Shown here: positions 1 to 9,400 of the stretch, one piece after another | How positions within the stretch are numbered: the first letter of the stretch is position 1 | Layout: each line of letters begins with the position of its first letter | Assembly (NCBI GenBank): GCA_022353185.1 | Contig: JAKRWB010000072.1 | Location: forward strand, 1 to 33,301 | Direction: 5' to 3' | Origin: ANME-2 cluster archaeon | GTDB lineage: Archaea > Halobacteriota > Methanosarcinia > Methanosarcinales > Methanocomedenaceae | DNA: 33,301 nucleotides | The notes under the pieces: generated by a model | Told to the model about the DNA's origin: nothing | The model's input: only the letters and a program-made list of their open reading frames with translations | The model's database searches: none | Translations under genes and position numbers: made by a program

Positions 1-624
1 GATGTCTTTGCATTGATCGGTCCCAAACGATATGATGTCCCTTGGAAGACGCTTGAGAGTCGCGGCTATATTGCGGAAGCCATTTGTACTGAATATCGCA
101 TTCCTCTATCGGCTGATGAAGAGCTTACGTACGCTCATGCTGATAAACGCGCTAAGTTTCGCATCGCAGCAGAGAACCAGCGTAAAAAAGAGCTTGTGTG
201 TGAATTGTTGGACAACCATGCAGGTGAGAGCATCCTGATCATCGGTCAATTCATTTCGCAGGTAGAAAAGCTTGCCAAAGAATTGGAGCTCCCAATTATC
301 ACAGGTAAGACCAAGCATGATGAAAGAGAGAAACTCTATGATGAGTTCAGACGAGGACACATCAAAATACTTGTGGTATCTAAGGTCGCAAACTTTGCCG
401 TGGATCTGCCTGATGCCAGTGTCATGATCCAGATATCAGGTACATTTGGTTCACGTCAGGAGGAAGCACAACGATTGGGGCGCATTCTCCGACCCAAAGA
501 GAAAACCTCTCATTTCTACACACTGGTATCAAAAGGTACCGTTGAACAAACCTTCGGGACCAATCGTCAGTTATTTTTGGTGGAGCAGGGTTATAGGTAT
601 CAGATCAGATACTTTAGAGATTAG
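1..624 (+). CDS. XPB/Rad25-type SF2 DNA repair helicase, C-terminal part (5' end outside window)
   Basis: Frame 1 is open from nt 1 to TAG at 622-624. The translation shows the helicase C-terminal lobe 'ILVVSKVANFAVDLPDASVMIQISGTFGSRQEEAQRLGRILRPK', which closely resembles the XPB motif V/VI region. Confidence 0.85.
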   Translation, partial: DVFALIGPKRYDVPWKTLESRGYIAEAICTEYRIPLSADEELTYAHADKRAKFRIAAENQRKKELVCELLDNHAGESILIIGQFISQVEKLAKELELPIITGKTKHDEREKLYDEFRRGHIKILVVSKVANFAVDLPDASVMIQISGTFGSRQEEAQRLGRILRPKEKTSHFYTLVSKGTVEQTFGTNRQLFLVEQGYRYQIRYFRD

Positions 625-712
625 CGTGATTGTTAGGCGAAATATGCCATCTAAATCCAAAAAATATGTATGAGATGAAGATATTTATTATCAAGATTTG
701 GAGGAATATAGG

Positions 713-1312
713 ATGAAAAATAAATTCAACCATGTGTACCAGTTTAAGATTACCCTACAGAATAGTAAACCACCTATCTGGCGGCGAATACAGGTCCCTG
801 AAACCTATACATTCTGGGATCTCCATGTTGCCATTCAAGATGCTATGGGTTGGCTGGATTATCACCTTCATCTGTTTGAGGTGATCGATCCTTCTACCGG
901 AATCAAAATGGAGATCGGTACTCCAGAAGAGGGATTTGAGGACTATGGGGGGACAATCCCAGAATGGAAAGAAAAGATATCTGATTATTTTACGATCGAT
1001 AATATAAAAGCCGATTATACCTACGATTTTGGTGACAATTGGGAACATAAGATAGAACTGGAAAATATCCTGCCCAGGGAAGATGATGTCAAATACCCCA
1101 TATGCATTAAAGGAAAAAGAGCATGCCCCCCAGATGATTGCGGGGGAATTTGGGGATATGAAGAGTTATTAGAAATCATAGGAGATCCCGAACATGAGGA
1201 ACATGAAGAAATGTTAGAGTGGATAGGTGGAGATTTTGACCCCAAACATTTTGACATGAAAGAAGTTTGTTTTGATGATCCCGCCAAACGCCACAAAAAT
1301 GCATTTGGGTAG
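713..1312 (+). CDS. pRiA4b ORF-3-like (MM3350-like) domain protein
   Basis: 'YQFKITLQNSKPPIWRRIQVP...FWDLHVAIQDAMGW...HLHLF' and 'CPPDDCGGIWGYEELLE' are characteristic of the PRiA4_ORF3 family. ATG at 713 sits 8 nt after GGAGG (700-704). The TTG at 698 in the ORF track is a less likely start. Confidence 0.7.
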   Translation: MKNKFNHVYQFKITLQNSKPPIWRRIQVPETYTFWDLHVAIQDAMGWLDYHLHLFEVIDPSTGIKMEIGTPEEGFEDYGGTIPEWKEKISDYFTIDNIKADYTYDFGDNWEHKIELENILPREDDVKYPICIKGKRACPPDDCGGIWGYEELLEIIGDPEHEEHEEMLEWIGGDFDPKHFDMKEVCFDDPAKRHKNAFG

Positions 1313-1718
1313 AAGATGCACATCCACTAATAGTGGAGACACAGCTCATTTAGTTTACCAAAATACTGGCTGCGCCGATACAGTGTATTTGCTGGAAATG
1401 TTATTTGAAATGAAAGTGAAATCTAATCATAAGACACATGCATAATAAGTGTGATGTAATTTACCAACATGTGTATGATTCATATTTTGGGCAAGGACAG
1501 AGTGTTTATGCTGCTTTGGTATGAAGATTGGGCGTTATGTTGGGAAGTGTTGTGGCTATCTAAAATATATAATTCATGTTATAATAGTACCCCCCCCTTT
1601 GTGGATAACCTGGACCTGTCCCCTCAAAGAGATACAGATTGTCGAAGATTTTAATATGGCGGTGTGATACAGGGCGCGCGAAGTATAGTAAACCCTACAG
1701 GCAGAAGAAAGCACAATG

Positions 1719-2987
1719 TTAAATTTTATTGTCTTCATTATCGAGTACCGAGGAAATGAATGCGAACGGCAGGTATAATACACCATCAATGTCCTTTAGA
1801 ACCTCCCTTGATGCAATAACCGTCCTGTATGGCTCATACTTTTCCTTAAAATGCATCAGGGATTTAGTCTTGCGCCCGTAGCTGCTCTTTGATTCTATTG
1901 CAATAAGCCTTCCTTCTTTTTCCACAATAAAATCCACTTCTGCCTTGGATTTACTTCTCCAAAACTTTACTTCCACACCCCCATACGCCAACTGGGAAAA
2001 AATAAATGCCTCATTCAGCATGCCGATATCCTGCCTCAGATTGCAGGGCCTGAAATCATCAATAATGGTATTCCTGAACCCATTGTCAAAAAAATACACT
2101 TTCGGAACCTTGATTATCTCGGTCCTTTTGTTGGTAAAAAAAGGAACAATCCTTTTGCAGATAAATGTTTTCTCAAGAATGTTGAGATGCCATAAAAGCC
2201 CCTTATAATCAAAACCCGAAACTTCGCCAAGACTGGAATAGGATATAAGCCCGCCAAGTTCTATTGATAGCGCCTTGATCAGCCTGCTCAGGTTGAAATC
2301 TGTTGTTAAGCTCAGCATATCCTTTATTTCCCGTAAAAAATAAGTGCTGTAAATATTCTTCAGAACAAGTCTCTTTTCTTCACCGGACTTTGAAATTGCA
2401 ACCCTGGGATATCCGCCATAGACAATATACTCATCATAGATTGCGTTTAACATTTCCATAAGCGGCTTGCTAAGCACAGGCAATTCGCAATTTTCATATA
2501 GATACGCCCGAATTGCATTTTTCCTGCTCAGGTAGGTATCAAAAAGCTCCTCATTTTGGTATCTTAGAAACTCTTCAAAGGAAAGTGGATACAGATTGAA
2601 GACAAAGATCCTACCTACGAGATATTTTATGCCATGAATTGTAAGCCCGGGGGCAGAAGAGCCTGATACTAATATTTTTGTATCCGGGTAATGGTCATAA
2701 ATGTACTTTAACTTCTGCCCCCCTTCCTTTGCATACTGGAACTCATCTATGAAGAGGTACCGATTATTCTTTACATAAAGTTCTGCAAAGGTTTGCTCAT
2801 CTTCAACGAACATCTCAAGTACCATCCTGTCATCAAAGCTTATGAACACGGCATTTTCAAGAGTCTGGAAAATATGCTTGAGAAGAGTTGTTTTACCTGA
2901 TTGCCTTGGCCCGAGAATTGCAATTATTTCAGGTTTATCAAGATTATCCTTTATTAGGTTCTCCAGGTTTCTGGTTATATACACCAC
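1719..2987 (-). CDS. AAA-type ATPase with DUF4143-like C-terminal region
   Basis: Walker A 'GPRQSGKTTLLKH' and Walker B-like 'YLFIDEFQY', 422 aa, with the architecture typical of AAA_14/DUF4143 archaeal ATPases. AT-rich relative to neighbours (35 G+C in nt 2301-2400 by my count). Confidence 0.75.
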   Translation of the reverse strand: MVYITRNLENLIKDNLDKPEIIAILGPRQSGKTTLLKHIFQTLENAVFISFDDRMVLEMFVEDEQTFAELYVKNNRYLFIDEFQYAKEGGQKLKYIYDHYPDTKILVSGSSAPGLTIHGIKYLVGRIFVFNLYPLSFEEFLRYQNEELFDTYLSRKNAIRAYLYENCELPVLSKPLMEMLNAIYDEYIVYGGYPRVAISKSGEEKRLVLKNIYSTYFLREIKDMLSLTTDFNLSRLIKALSIELGGLISYSSLGEVSGFDYKGLLWHLNILEKTFICKRIVPFFTNKRTEIIKVPKVYFFDNGFRNTIIDDFRPCNLRQDIGMLNEAFIFSQLAYGGVEVKFWRSKSKAEVDFIVEKEGRLIAIESKSSYGRKTKSLMHFKEKYEPYRTVIASREVLKDIDGVLYLPFAFISSVLDNEDNKI

Positions 2988-3161
2988 AATAATAACCCTG
3001 CTGAAATTCTATTTAATTACATATTAGCAGGGATAAAATATAAAGATATGCACAAATGTACAATACAAATCAATATATCCTTCATTTGCTGAGAATCCCC
3101 GCCCCAACTTTCAGTAAACCAACATCAACCTGTATCCCCCCTATACCCCAATATATCCTTC

Positions 3162-3293
3162 ATGCTCTCAATAGGAGTCATCACCTGCGGAAAGTACGGT
3201 AGGCCGCTGCTGGACACCCTGGCCGCACATACAGAAAGTGGTAGTTCAAGACAGTACTGGGGGTTTTGGAAAAGAGAGACATTCAGTTGTTAA
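3162..3293 (+). pseudogene. possible gene remnant: 43-codon ORF with a protein-like N-terminus
   Basis: ATG 3162 to TAA 3291-3293 gives 'MLSIGVITCGKYGRPLLDTLAAHTESGSSRQYWGFWKRETFSC'. The first ~24 residues look like a genuine beta-strand plus glycine-loop N-terminus and the local GC is higher than the AT-rich surroundings. It then runs into a stop. Not in the ORF track (<60 aa). Confidence 0.2.
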
Positions 3294-3493
3294 CAATTTG
3301 TTTACAACTGAAATTACCATCTTCTGATGGCAAATATTACAATACAGACTGCGTTAATACGGAATACGCATTTACTTCAATCCATCAATTTCTCAAGTTT
3401 TAAACATCTAACAATTTCCCGGTGTTTTTCCCACAACCTCCCCTTTTCAATACATTTTTAATATATTGGTGTACATCGATATTGTGGTTGACC

Positions 3494-3763
3494 ATGAAAC
3501 AAGATATCTATGACGTTGATTTTCCGTGCAAACGCCTGAAAGTGATAATAAAACAGATTGTGCCCGATATTGTTTTGCGCTGGAAATCCCAGAAAATTGA
3601 TAAGGAAGAGATTGATAAAAACCTGGGTAATAGGCGCAGGCGGGCATATGAGTTGCTTGAGAAATGCCCCTCAAACGATTTCACTCCAGAAATAATTGAA
3701 GAAAAGTTCAAATGGGCTTACAAGGAATTGAAACTGGATTATCCTTTTTCTGAGCAGCCCTGA
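3494..3763 (+). CDS. hypothetical small protein (89 aa)
   Basis: Open frame only, with no recognisable motif. The first in-frame ATG is at 3494; the track start at 3422 is not ATG. Confidence 0.3.
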   Translation: MKQDIYDVDFPCKRLKVIIKQIVPDIVLRWKSQKIDKEEIDKNLGNRRRRAYELLEKCPSNDFTPEIIEEKFKWAYKELKLDYPFSEQP

Positions 3764-3825
3764 ATCATTAATCAGAAATTAGAAACATTTATTTAACTTC
3801 TCCCCTTATCAAATGCGGTGATTTA

Positions 3826-5445
3826 TTGGTAAGCGTTAAGCGCGCTCTTCTTAGTGTATCAGAAAAGACAGGAATCGTTGATTTTGCAAAAGCACTCACT
3901 GATATGGGTGTTGAGATAATTTCCACAGGCGGTACTGCCCGCACCCTGAGGGATGCAGGCATAACTGTGAAAGATGTTTCTGACATAACTGATTTTCCAG
4001 AAATGATGGACGGCAGGGTCAAGACACTGCATCCAAAAATACATGGCGGCCTGCTATGTCTACGTGATAACAGCGAGCATCTGGCACAGGCCCAACAACA
4101 TGATATACAATTAATCGACCTGGTAGCTGTCAACCTGTATCCTTTCAGGGAAACTGTAGCGAAAAAAGATGTGACACTGGAGGATGCCATTGAGAACATC
4201 GATATCGGCGGGCCCACCATGGTACGTGCATCGGCCAAAAACTACAAGCATGTAGCGATTGTCACTGACCCTGCTGACTACCAGAATATTATAACTGAAC
4301 TTCAATCTGACGGCAGGGTATCAGCTCTTACCAGGGAAAAACTGGCAGTCAAAGCCTTCAGGCATACCGCAGATTATGACTCCGCAATCGATACCTATCT
4401 CAGCAAGCACCTCGCTGATGAAGATGTATTGAGGCTAAAGTTTGTTTCAGGCAGGACACTGCGGTACGGGGAGAACTGGCACCAGTGGGCCAAATTCTAT
4501 TCACAACCAGATGTAGAGGGGGCATCCCTTTCAAAAGCTGTGCAGCATCACGGCAAGGAGATGTCATATAACAATTATGTGGATGCCGATAATGCCATGC
4601 AGACCATAATGGAACTGCAGGGTGTCCCTGCGGCCTGTGTGGTCAAACACAACAACCCCTGCGGCTTAGCTACCGGGAACACGCTTCACAGTGCGCTCTC
4701 GGCGGCATGGGACGGCGACCCCGTATCAGCATTTGGCAGTATCATATGTTTCAACAGGACCGTAGACCTTGACACTGCCACGTTCATGAAGGGAAAATTC
4801 GTCGAGCTTATACTGGCGCCCGGATTTGAACCGGAAGCACTGGAGTTCTTGAAAGAAAAAAGCAAGGATCTCCGTCTCCTGGAGTTGCCTGAGATGGACG
4901 AAGGCATCAAGGTGGATAGCAGGTTCACCCATATCATGGGCGGAATGCTGCAGCAATCCAGGGACATTGGTGTGTTCGAGAAATGGGATGTAGTCAGCGA
5001 ACATGAGTTCCCTGCCTCCAAACGCGGTCTGGCAGAGTTTTCAATGGCAGCCTGCAAGCGGACTAAATCCAATTCAGTGATAATTGCATGGGAATACTCA
5101 AAGGGGCGGTACATGGTGCTGGGTATGGGCGCAGGCCAGCCCAACCGCGTGGATTCCATACGCAAACTGGCAATCACCAAAGCCAGGGAGAATCTTGAAT
5201 TGATATATGAAAAAGAAAAACCTGATATACCATTCGACGATTATGTAAAGGATGTTATGTCTGAATGCGTACTCTCATCAGATGCTTTCTTCCCCTTTGA
5301 TGACAGCATCATCCATTCGGCAGAGCACAACCTACGGTATATTGTATCACCAGGCGGAAGTATAAGGGATGAAGAGGTCATTGCTACTGCAAACAGGCTC
5401 GGTGTATCTCTGGTGTTCACAGGGATGCGCCATTTCAATCATTAA
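3826..5445 (+). CDS. purH: bifunctional AICAR formyltransferase / IMP cyclohydrolase
   Basis: 'ALLSVSEKTGIVDFAKAL...ISTGGTA...GRVKTLHPKIHGG...DLVAVNLYPF...IDIGGPTMVRASAKN', full length at 539 aa. TTG start at 3826. Confidence 0.9.
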   Translation: MVSVKRALLSVSEKTGIVDFAKALTDMGVEIISTGGTARTLRDAGITVKDVSDITDFPEMMDGRVKTLHPKIHGGLLCLRDNSEHLAQAQQHDIQLIDLVAVNLYPFRETVAKKDVTLEDAIENIDIGGPTMVRASAKNYKHVAIVTDPADYQNIITELQSDGRVSALTREKLAVKAFRHTADYDSAIDTYLSKHLADEDVLRLKFVSGRTLRYGENWHQWAKFYSQPDVEGASLSKAVQHHGKEMSYNNYVDADNAMQTIMELQGVPAACVVKHNNPCGLATGNTLHSALSAAWDGDPVSAFGSIICFNRTVDLDTATFMKGKFVELILAPGFEPEALEFLKEKSKDLRLLELPEMDEGIKVDSRFTHIMGGMLQQSRDIGVFEKWDVVSEHEFPASKRGLAEFSMAACKRTKSNSVIIAWEYSKGRYMVLGMGAGQPNRVDSIRKLAITKARENLELIYEKEKPDIPFDDYVKDVMSECVLSSDAFFPFDDSIIHSAEHNLRYIVSPGGSIRDEEVIATANRLGVSLVFTGMRHFNH

Positions 5446-5460
5446 AAGCGAGTGAATAAT

Positions 5461-6360
5461 ATGAAAGAAGATAAAGGATTTAATAACTATTACATTGCAT
5501 TGATACTGCTGGCAGCAGTCCTTGTTGTCATGATGTTCGTATCAAACAATGCGGGTGGAACAGTAGTGGAAGTGGGTGATAACGTGACAATGGATTACAC
5601 CGGTAAATTATTAGACGGTGAGGTTTTTGACACCTCTTATTCTGAAATTGCCATCGATGCCGGCCTCTATGAACCTGGACGCCCCTACGAGCCCCTGGTA
5701 TTCACAGTCGGCAGCGGAAGGATGATAGAAGGTATGGATACCGGTGTATTGGGTATGAAAGAAGGCGAGAGCAAAACCCTAACCATTCCGCCTGAGAAGG
5801 CATACGGCCAGGCTGACCCGACCAGGATAGAGGTAATTCCACTAATTGACGAAACTCCGATAGAACAGACTTTCCCCCGGATAACCGAGATGCCTGCATT
5901 CCAGTTCAACATGAGTTTTGGAACAGAATATGAAGTTGGCGATACTGTCCAGTTGCCAGGTTCAACTATAAACCTGACCATTGTGGATATGGGTGATATC
6001 GTTAATCTGTCCTTTGCCCTGAATGTGGGGGAAAGTTTCTCATCCGAAGACCTGCCCTGGGACGAAACCGTAGTAGCTATCAATTCCACCCATGTAACTA
6101 TCAGGCATCAGGTGGAAGTAGGCGACGTCCATAACTTCCAGGGAACACCATGGAATACTACGGTGATTGATATCACTGACACCAACATGACAATACGGCA
6201 TAATCCCATTCCGGATACCACAGTCCAGACTTCATACGGACCAATCCAGATACATTTTGATGAAACAGGTATCACTCTGGATCAAAATTCCTTCCTGGCA
6301 GGTAAGACACTGGTATTTGATGTAAAGATATTGTCTATAGAAAAGGGAGATGCAGAGTAA
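5461..6360 (+). CDS. membrane-anchored FKBP-type peptidyl-prolyl cis-trans isomerase with a long insert
   Basis: N-terminal TM helix 'YYIALILLAAVLVVMMFV'. FKBP core 'VTMDYTGKLLDGEVFDTS...FTVGSGRMIEGMDTGVLGMKEGESKTLTIPPEKAYG' and closing strand 'LAGKTLVFDVKILSI'. ATG 5461 (GTG 5452 is an alternative start). Confidence 0.8.
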   Translation: MKEDKGFNNYYIALILLAAVLVVMMFVSNNAGGTVVEVGDNVTMDYTGKLLDGEVFDTSYSEIAIDAGLYEPGRPYEPLVFTVGSGRMIEGMDTGVLGMKEGESKTLTIPPEKAYGQADPTRIEVIPLIDETPIEQTFPRITEMPAFQFNMSFGTEYEVGDTVQLPGSTINLTIVDMGDIVNLSFALNVGESFSSEDLPWDETVVAINSTHVTIRHQVEVGDVHNFQGTPWNTTVIDITDTNMTIRHNPIPDTTVQTSYGPIQIHFDETGITLDQNSFLAGKTLVFDVKILSIEKGDAE

Positions 6361-6369
6361 TTAGCATAG

Positions 6370-6411
6370 TTTTTGGAAAAGGCAGGTAGCAACAACAAAC
6401 TGTTGCCTGCC
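6370..6411. terminator. T5 run plus bulged hairpin between convergent FKBP and smc genes
   Basis: T-run at 6370-6374 lies directly after the FKBP stop. Hairpin ggcagg(tag)caac-aacaaact-gttgcctgcc at 6381-6411. Confidence 0.3.
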
Positions 6412-6450
6412 AATTATTATATTAATTAACCTGTTTTCAACACATTGTTT

Positions 6451-9400
6451 TTAATTCAGTTTGACACCGGTAATACTGGTAATATCATTGTCCTGCATGG
6501 TAACCCCGATAGTCCTCTCAGCAGCCTGAACCATCGGCTTTCGCAGGCTCACTACAATAAATTGTGCAGTTTTGGATGACTTCTTAATACGTTGTGCCAT
6601 CTTTTCAGCATTCGCGCCATCAAGGTTCATATCCACCTCATCGAACGCATAAAACGGCGCAGGACGGTACTGCTGGATTGAAAATAGCAGTGTCATTGAA
6701 ATCAAACTCTTCTCCCCGCCTGACCGGGACTCCATGCGCTGCAGGGTCTTGTCCTTTGGCTGGACCTTCATAGTAAGACCGCCTGCAAATGGGTCTTCTT
6801 CATTTTCCAGTATCAGTTCCCCGGGTCCGTCCGAGAGTTCAGGGAAGATAACTTTGAAATGTTCGTTAATGCCGTTAAAGCATTCCATGAACGCCTGCTT
6901 TTTCATCTGCTCGTATTTGTGGATACGCTCCAGTATTTCCTCAAGTTCGTGACTCAGGGTATCCCTGCGCTCCTTCAGGTCAATGCTGCGCCGCTCAACC
7001 TCATCATATTCATCAATGGCACGCATATTCACAGGTTCCAGTTTGGTCATAGCCCGAACAATGGACGCTATACGGGTCTGCACTTCCTCAAGAGTAGGCA
7101 CCTCATCGGTCAATTCCACACCCCGCTCATCAAGTTCAGACCTGAACTCCTTTATCTGTTCTGCAAGTGTGTCACGTGTGGCATTTAACGCCATCATCTG
7201 GCGCCGGGAGTTCTCCAGCCTGACCTTGACCTCCTCCAACTGCTTCTGCCATGCACTGAATTCCATTTGCAGGTCTTCACGCCGTTTGCGCATATCTGCC
7301 AGTTCAACGTCCAGTTCCTGCTCGCGTTTTGTCTTATCTTCAAGAGATAATTCCAGCTCATCTATCTTAGTACGCAGCTGTTTGATCTTCCCACGCAGAT
7401 CCTCTTTCCTGCCGTCCAGTTCAGCAAGCCGTACCTTTATCCCTTCTGCCTTATCGATTGCGAATTTGGATTCGGTTTCCATGTTGTTAATGTTACCCTC
7501 AATATCCCGGGTGCGGTTCTCCAGCCTGCGTATCTCGTCCTCTATCCGCTGCGCCTGTTCGTTCAGTTCAGGTACTTTTGAACCTTTTAGCTGCTCTTCA
7601 AGCTCTCCGGCCTTATCAGTAAGTTTTGCAATCTCCTGCTCAGCTGTCTGCTTGCCATCCTCAATGCTTTCCATCTCCCCGCGCAGTTCAGCACGTCCGG
7701 CCTCAATTTCTGCCCGTTCTGCTTCCTTCTCGGTAATCAGGGCAGTCAGTCTCTCACCGCGGCTGTTGATCTCTTCTATGGCCATCTGCTTTTTGGCAAT
7801 CCCGGTTTCCAGCTCCCGCATCTCTGTCTGGACCGAAGCGATGTGCCCCTCTACACTGTCCAGTTTGTTGATGGCGGCACTGCGCCTTGATTCGTATTCA
7901 GTTATCTGCTCGGCCAGTTTTATGATCTTATCTTCCTCAGTTGCTGCAAAGGACACACTGCTGCGGCCGCGACTGCCCCCGGTCATGGCACCGCTCTTCT
8001 CGACCACCTCCCCATCCAGGGTTACCATACGAAGCCCACCCATCAGCCGCCTTGCAGTGTCCAGGTCTTCCACCACAATGGTGTCCCTGAACACATAATT
8101 GAAAGCGGGTTCGTACTTGGAATCATAATCCACCAGGTTAATGGCATAACCTATTACGCCCGGCATATTAGATACATCTCGGAAACCTGAAGCACTTGAC
8201 ATCTTGTTCAATGGCAGGAAAGTAGCCCTGCCGCCATGCTGGCGTTTGAGAAAAGATATGGCGCGTGATGCATCTTCATCAGTATCCACCACAATGCCCT
8301 GCATACGACCGCCCGCCGCCACTTCCAGTGCAATGGCATATTCCTGGTCCACCTTCCCCAGCTGGGCGATGGTACCGTAGATGCCAGGCAGTTCCCTCAT
8401 ATCCTTGGCCTTTAGCACTTTCTCCACTGCATTGCTGTACCCGGATACTTCCTTAGCAGCCCTTATCCTGGCTTCAGCGGTCATATATTCCTGCTGCAAT
8501 CCCCTCAGGGTATCATCCAGGTCCTTTTGCACGCTTTTGAGCTGTGCGCGGTTGGATTCAAGGTCATCCATATCACCAGAGAGTTCGGCCCTCTGCTTGT
8601 TCAGCCCTTCAATCTCCTGCTCAACATCCTCCCTGTCATCATCAGCAGACTTGATCTTCCGTTTAGAATCCTCAATCTCTTCCTCAATGTCCTTGAGCTC
8701 TGCGCTGCGCCGCCGCATGGCATCCAGCATGCGGTCCTCCTGGCGCATCAATTCGTTCTTACGGTTGCGGGCCTCTTCAAGGTCATTTTTCACCTGTGAC
8801 AGTTCATCCCTGGTCTGGACAAAACGGGAATCCACTTCAGATATCTTGGTGCGAAGAATCAACAGTTGGGTGCGCTGGTCCTTTATCTCGCTGGCAATAC
8901 CAAGCTTGCGATTATTCTCTTCCTCTATCTTCGATGAGAGTTCGGACATCTTCTCCTTAATACCGTCAATCTCGATGAGCCCCTTCCTGCGCTGGGTGTC
9001 CATATCAGATATCTCTGATTCGGTAAGTGTGATGGTATTCTGGCTGAGGGCGATTTCACCTTTTTTCTCCTCTATCTGCCGCTTTATGGCTATCTGCTCG
9101 TCCTCACCCATGCTGGTTATCTGCACATTTAGTTCCTTGAGTGCAGATTCCAGTTCAGTCATTTTTTCCTGTTTTTCCTGGAGCAGTGCTTCCAGTTCGC
9201 TCTCACTCTCAAGCCGTGAACTGATCTCTTCAACTATTTTATCAAATTCTTTTTGCGCATCCTTGAACTTGGAGAGCAGCATGTACCCCTCGAACCGTAA
9301 TTTCTCTTCCTGCAAACTCTGGTACTTCAGTGCCTGGTCCCGCTCACGCTGCAGTTTATCCAGCTGGGTGCCAACTTCTGCCAGTATGATATCCACCCGC

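Noticed and set aside
1313-1718. 406-nt gene-free region, examined for tRNA, sRNA or a mobile-element end
   Set aside because: I found only trivial short palindromes (for example ccact-aat-agtgg and gcgcgc). No cloverleaf-like arms, long inverted repeats or match to other parts of the window were seen. I cannot exclude an ncRNA without covariance-model searches.
3091-3163. Possible homology between the C/A-rich stretch here and the one at 16270-16335 (both upstream of minus-strand accessory genes)
   Set aside because: Hand alignment gave only scattered short matches (aatcccc, accaac.acaac) that shared composition explains. This is not enough to call a repeat or att site; a proper pairwise alignment would be needed.
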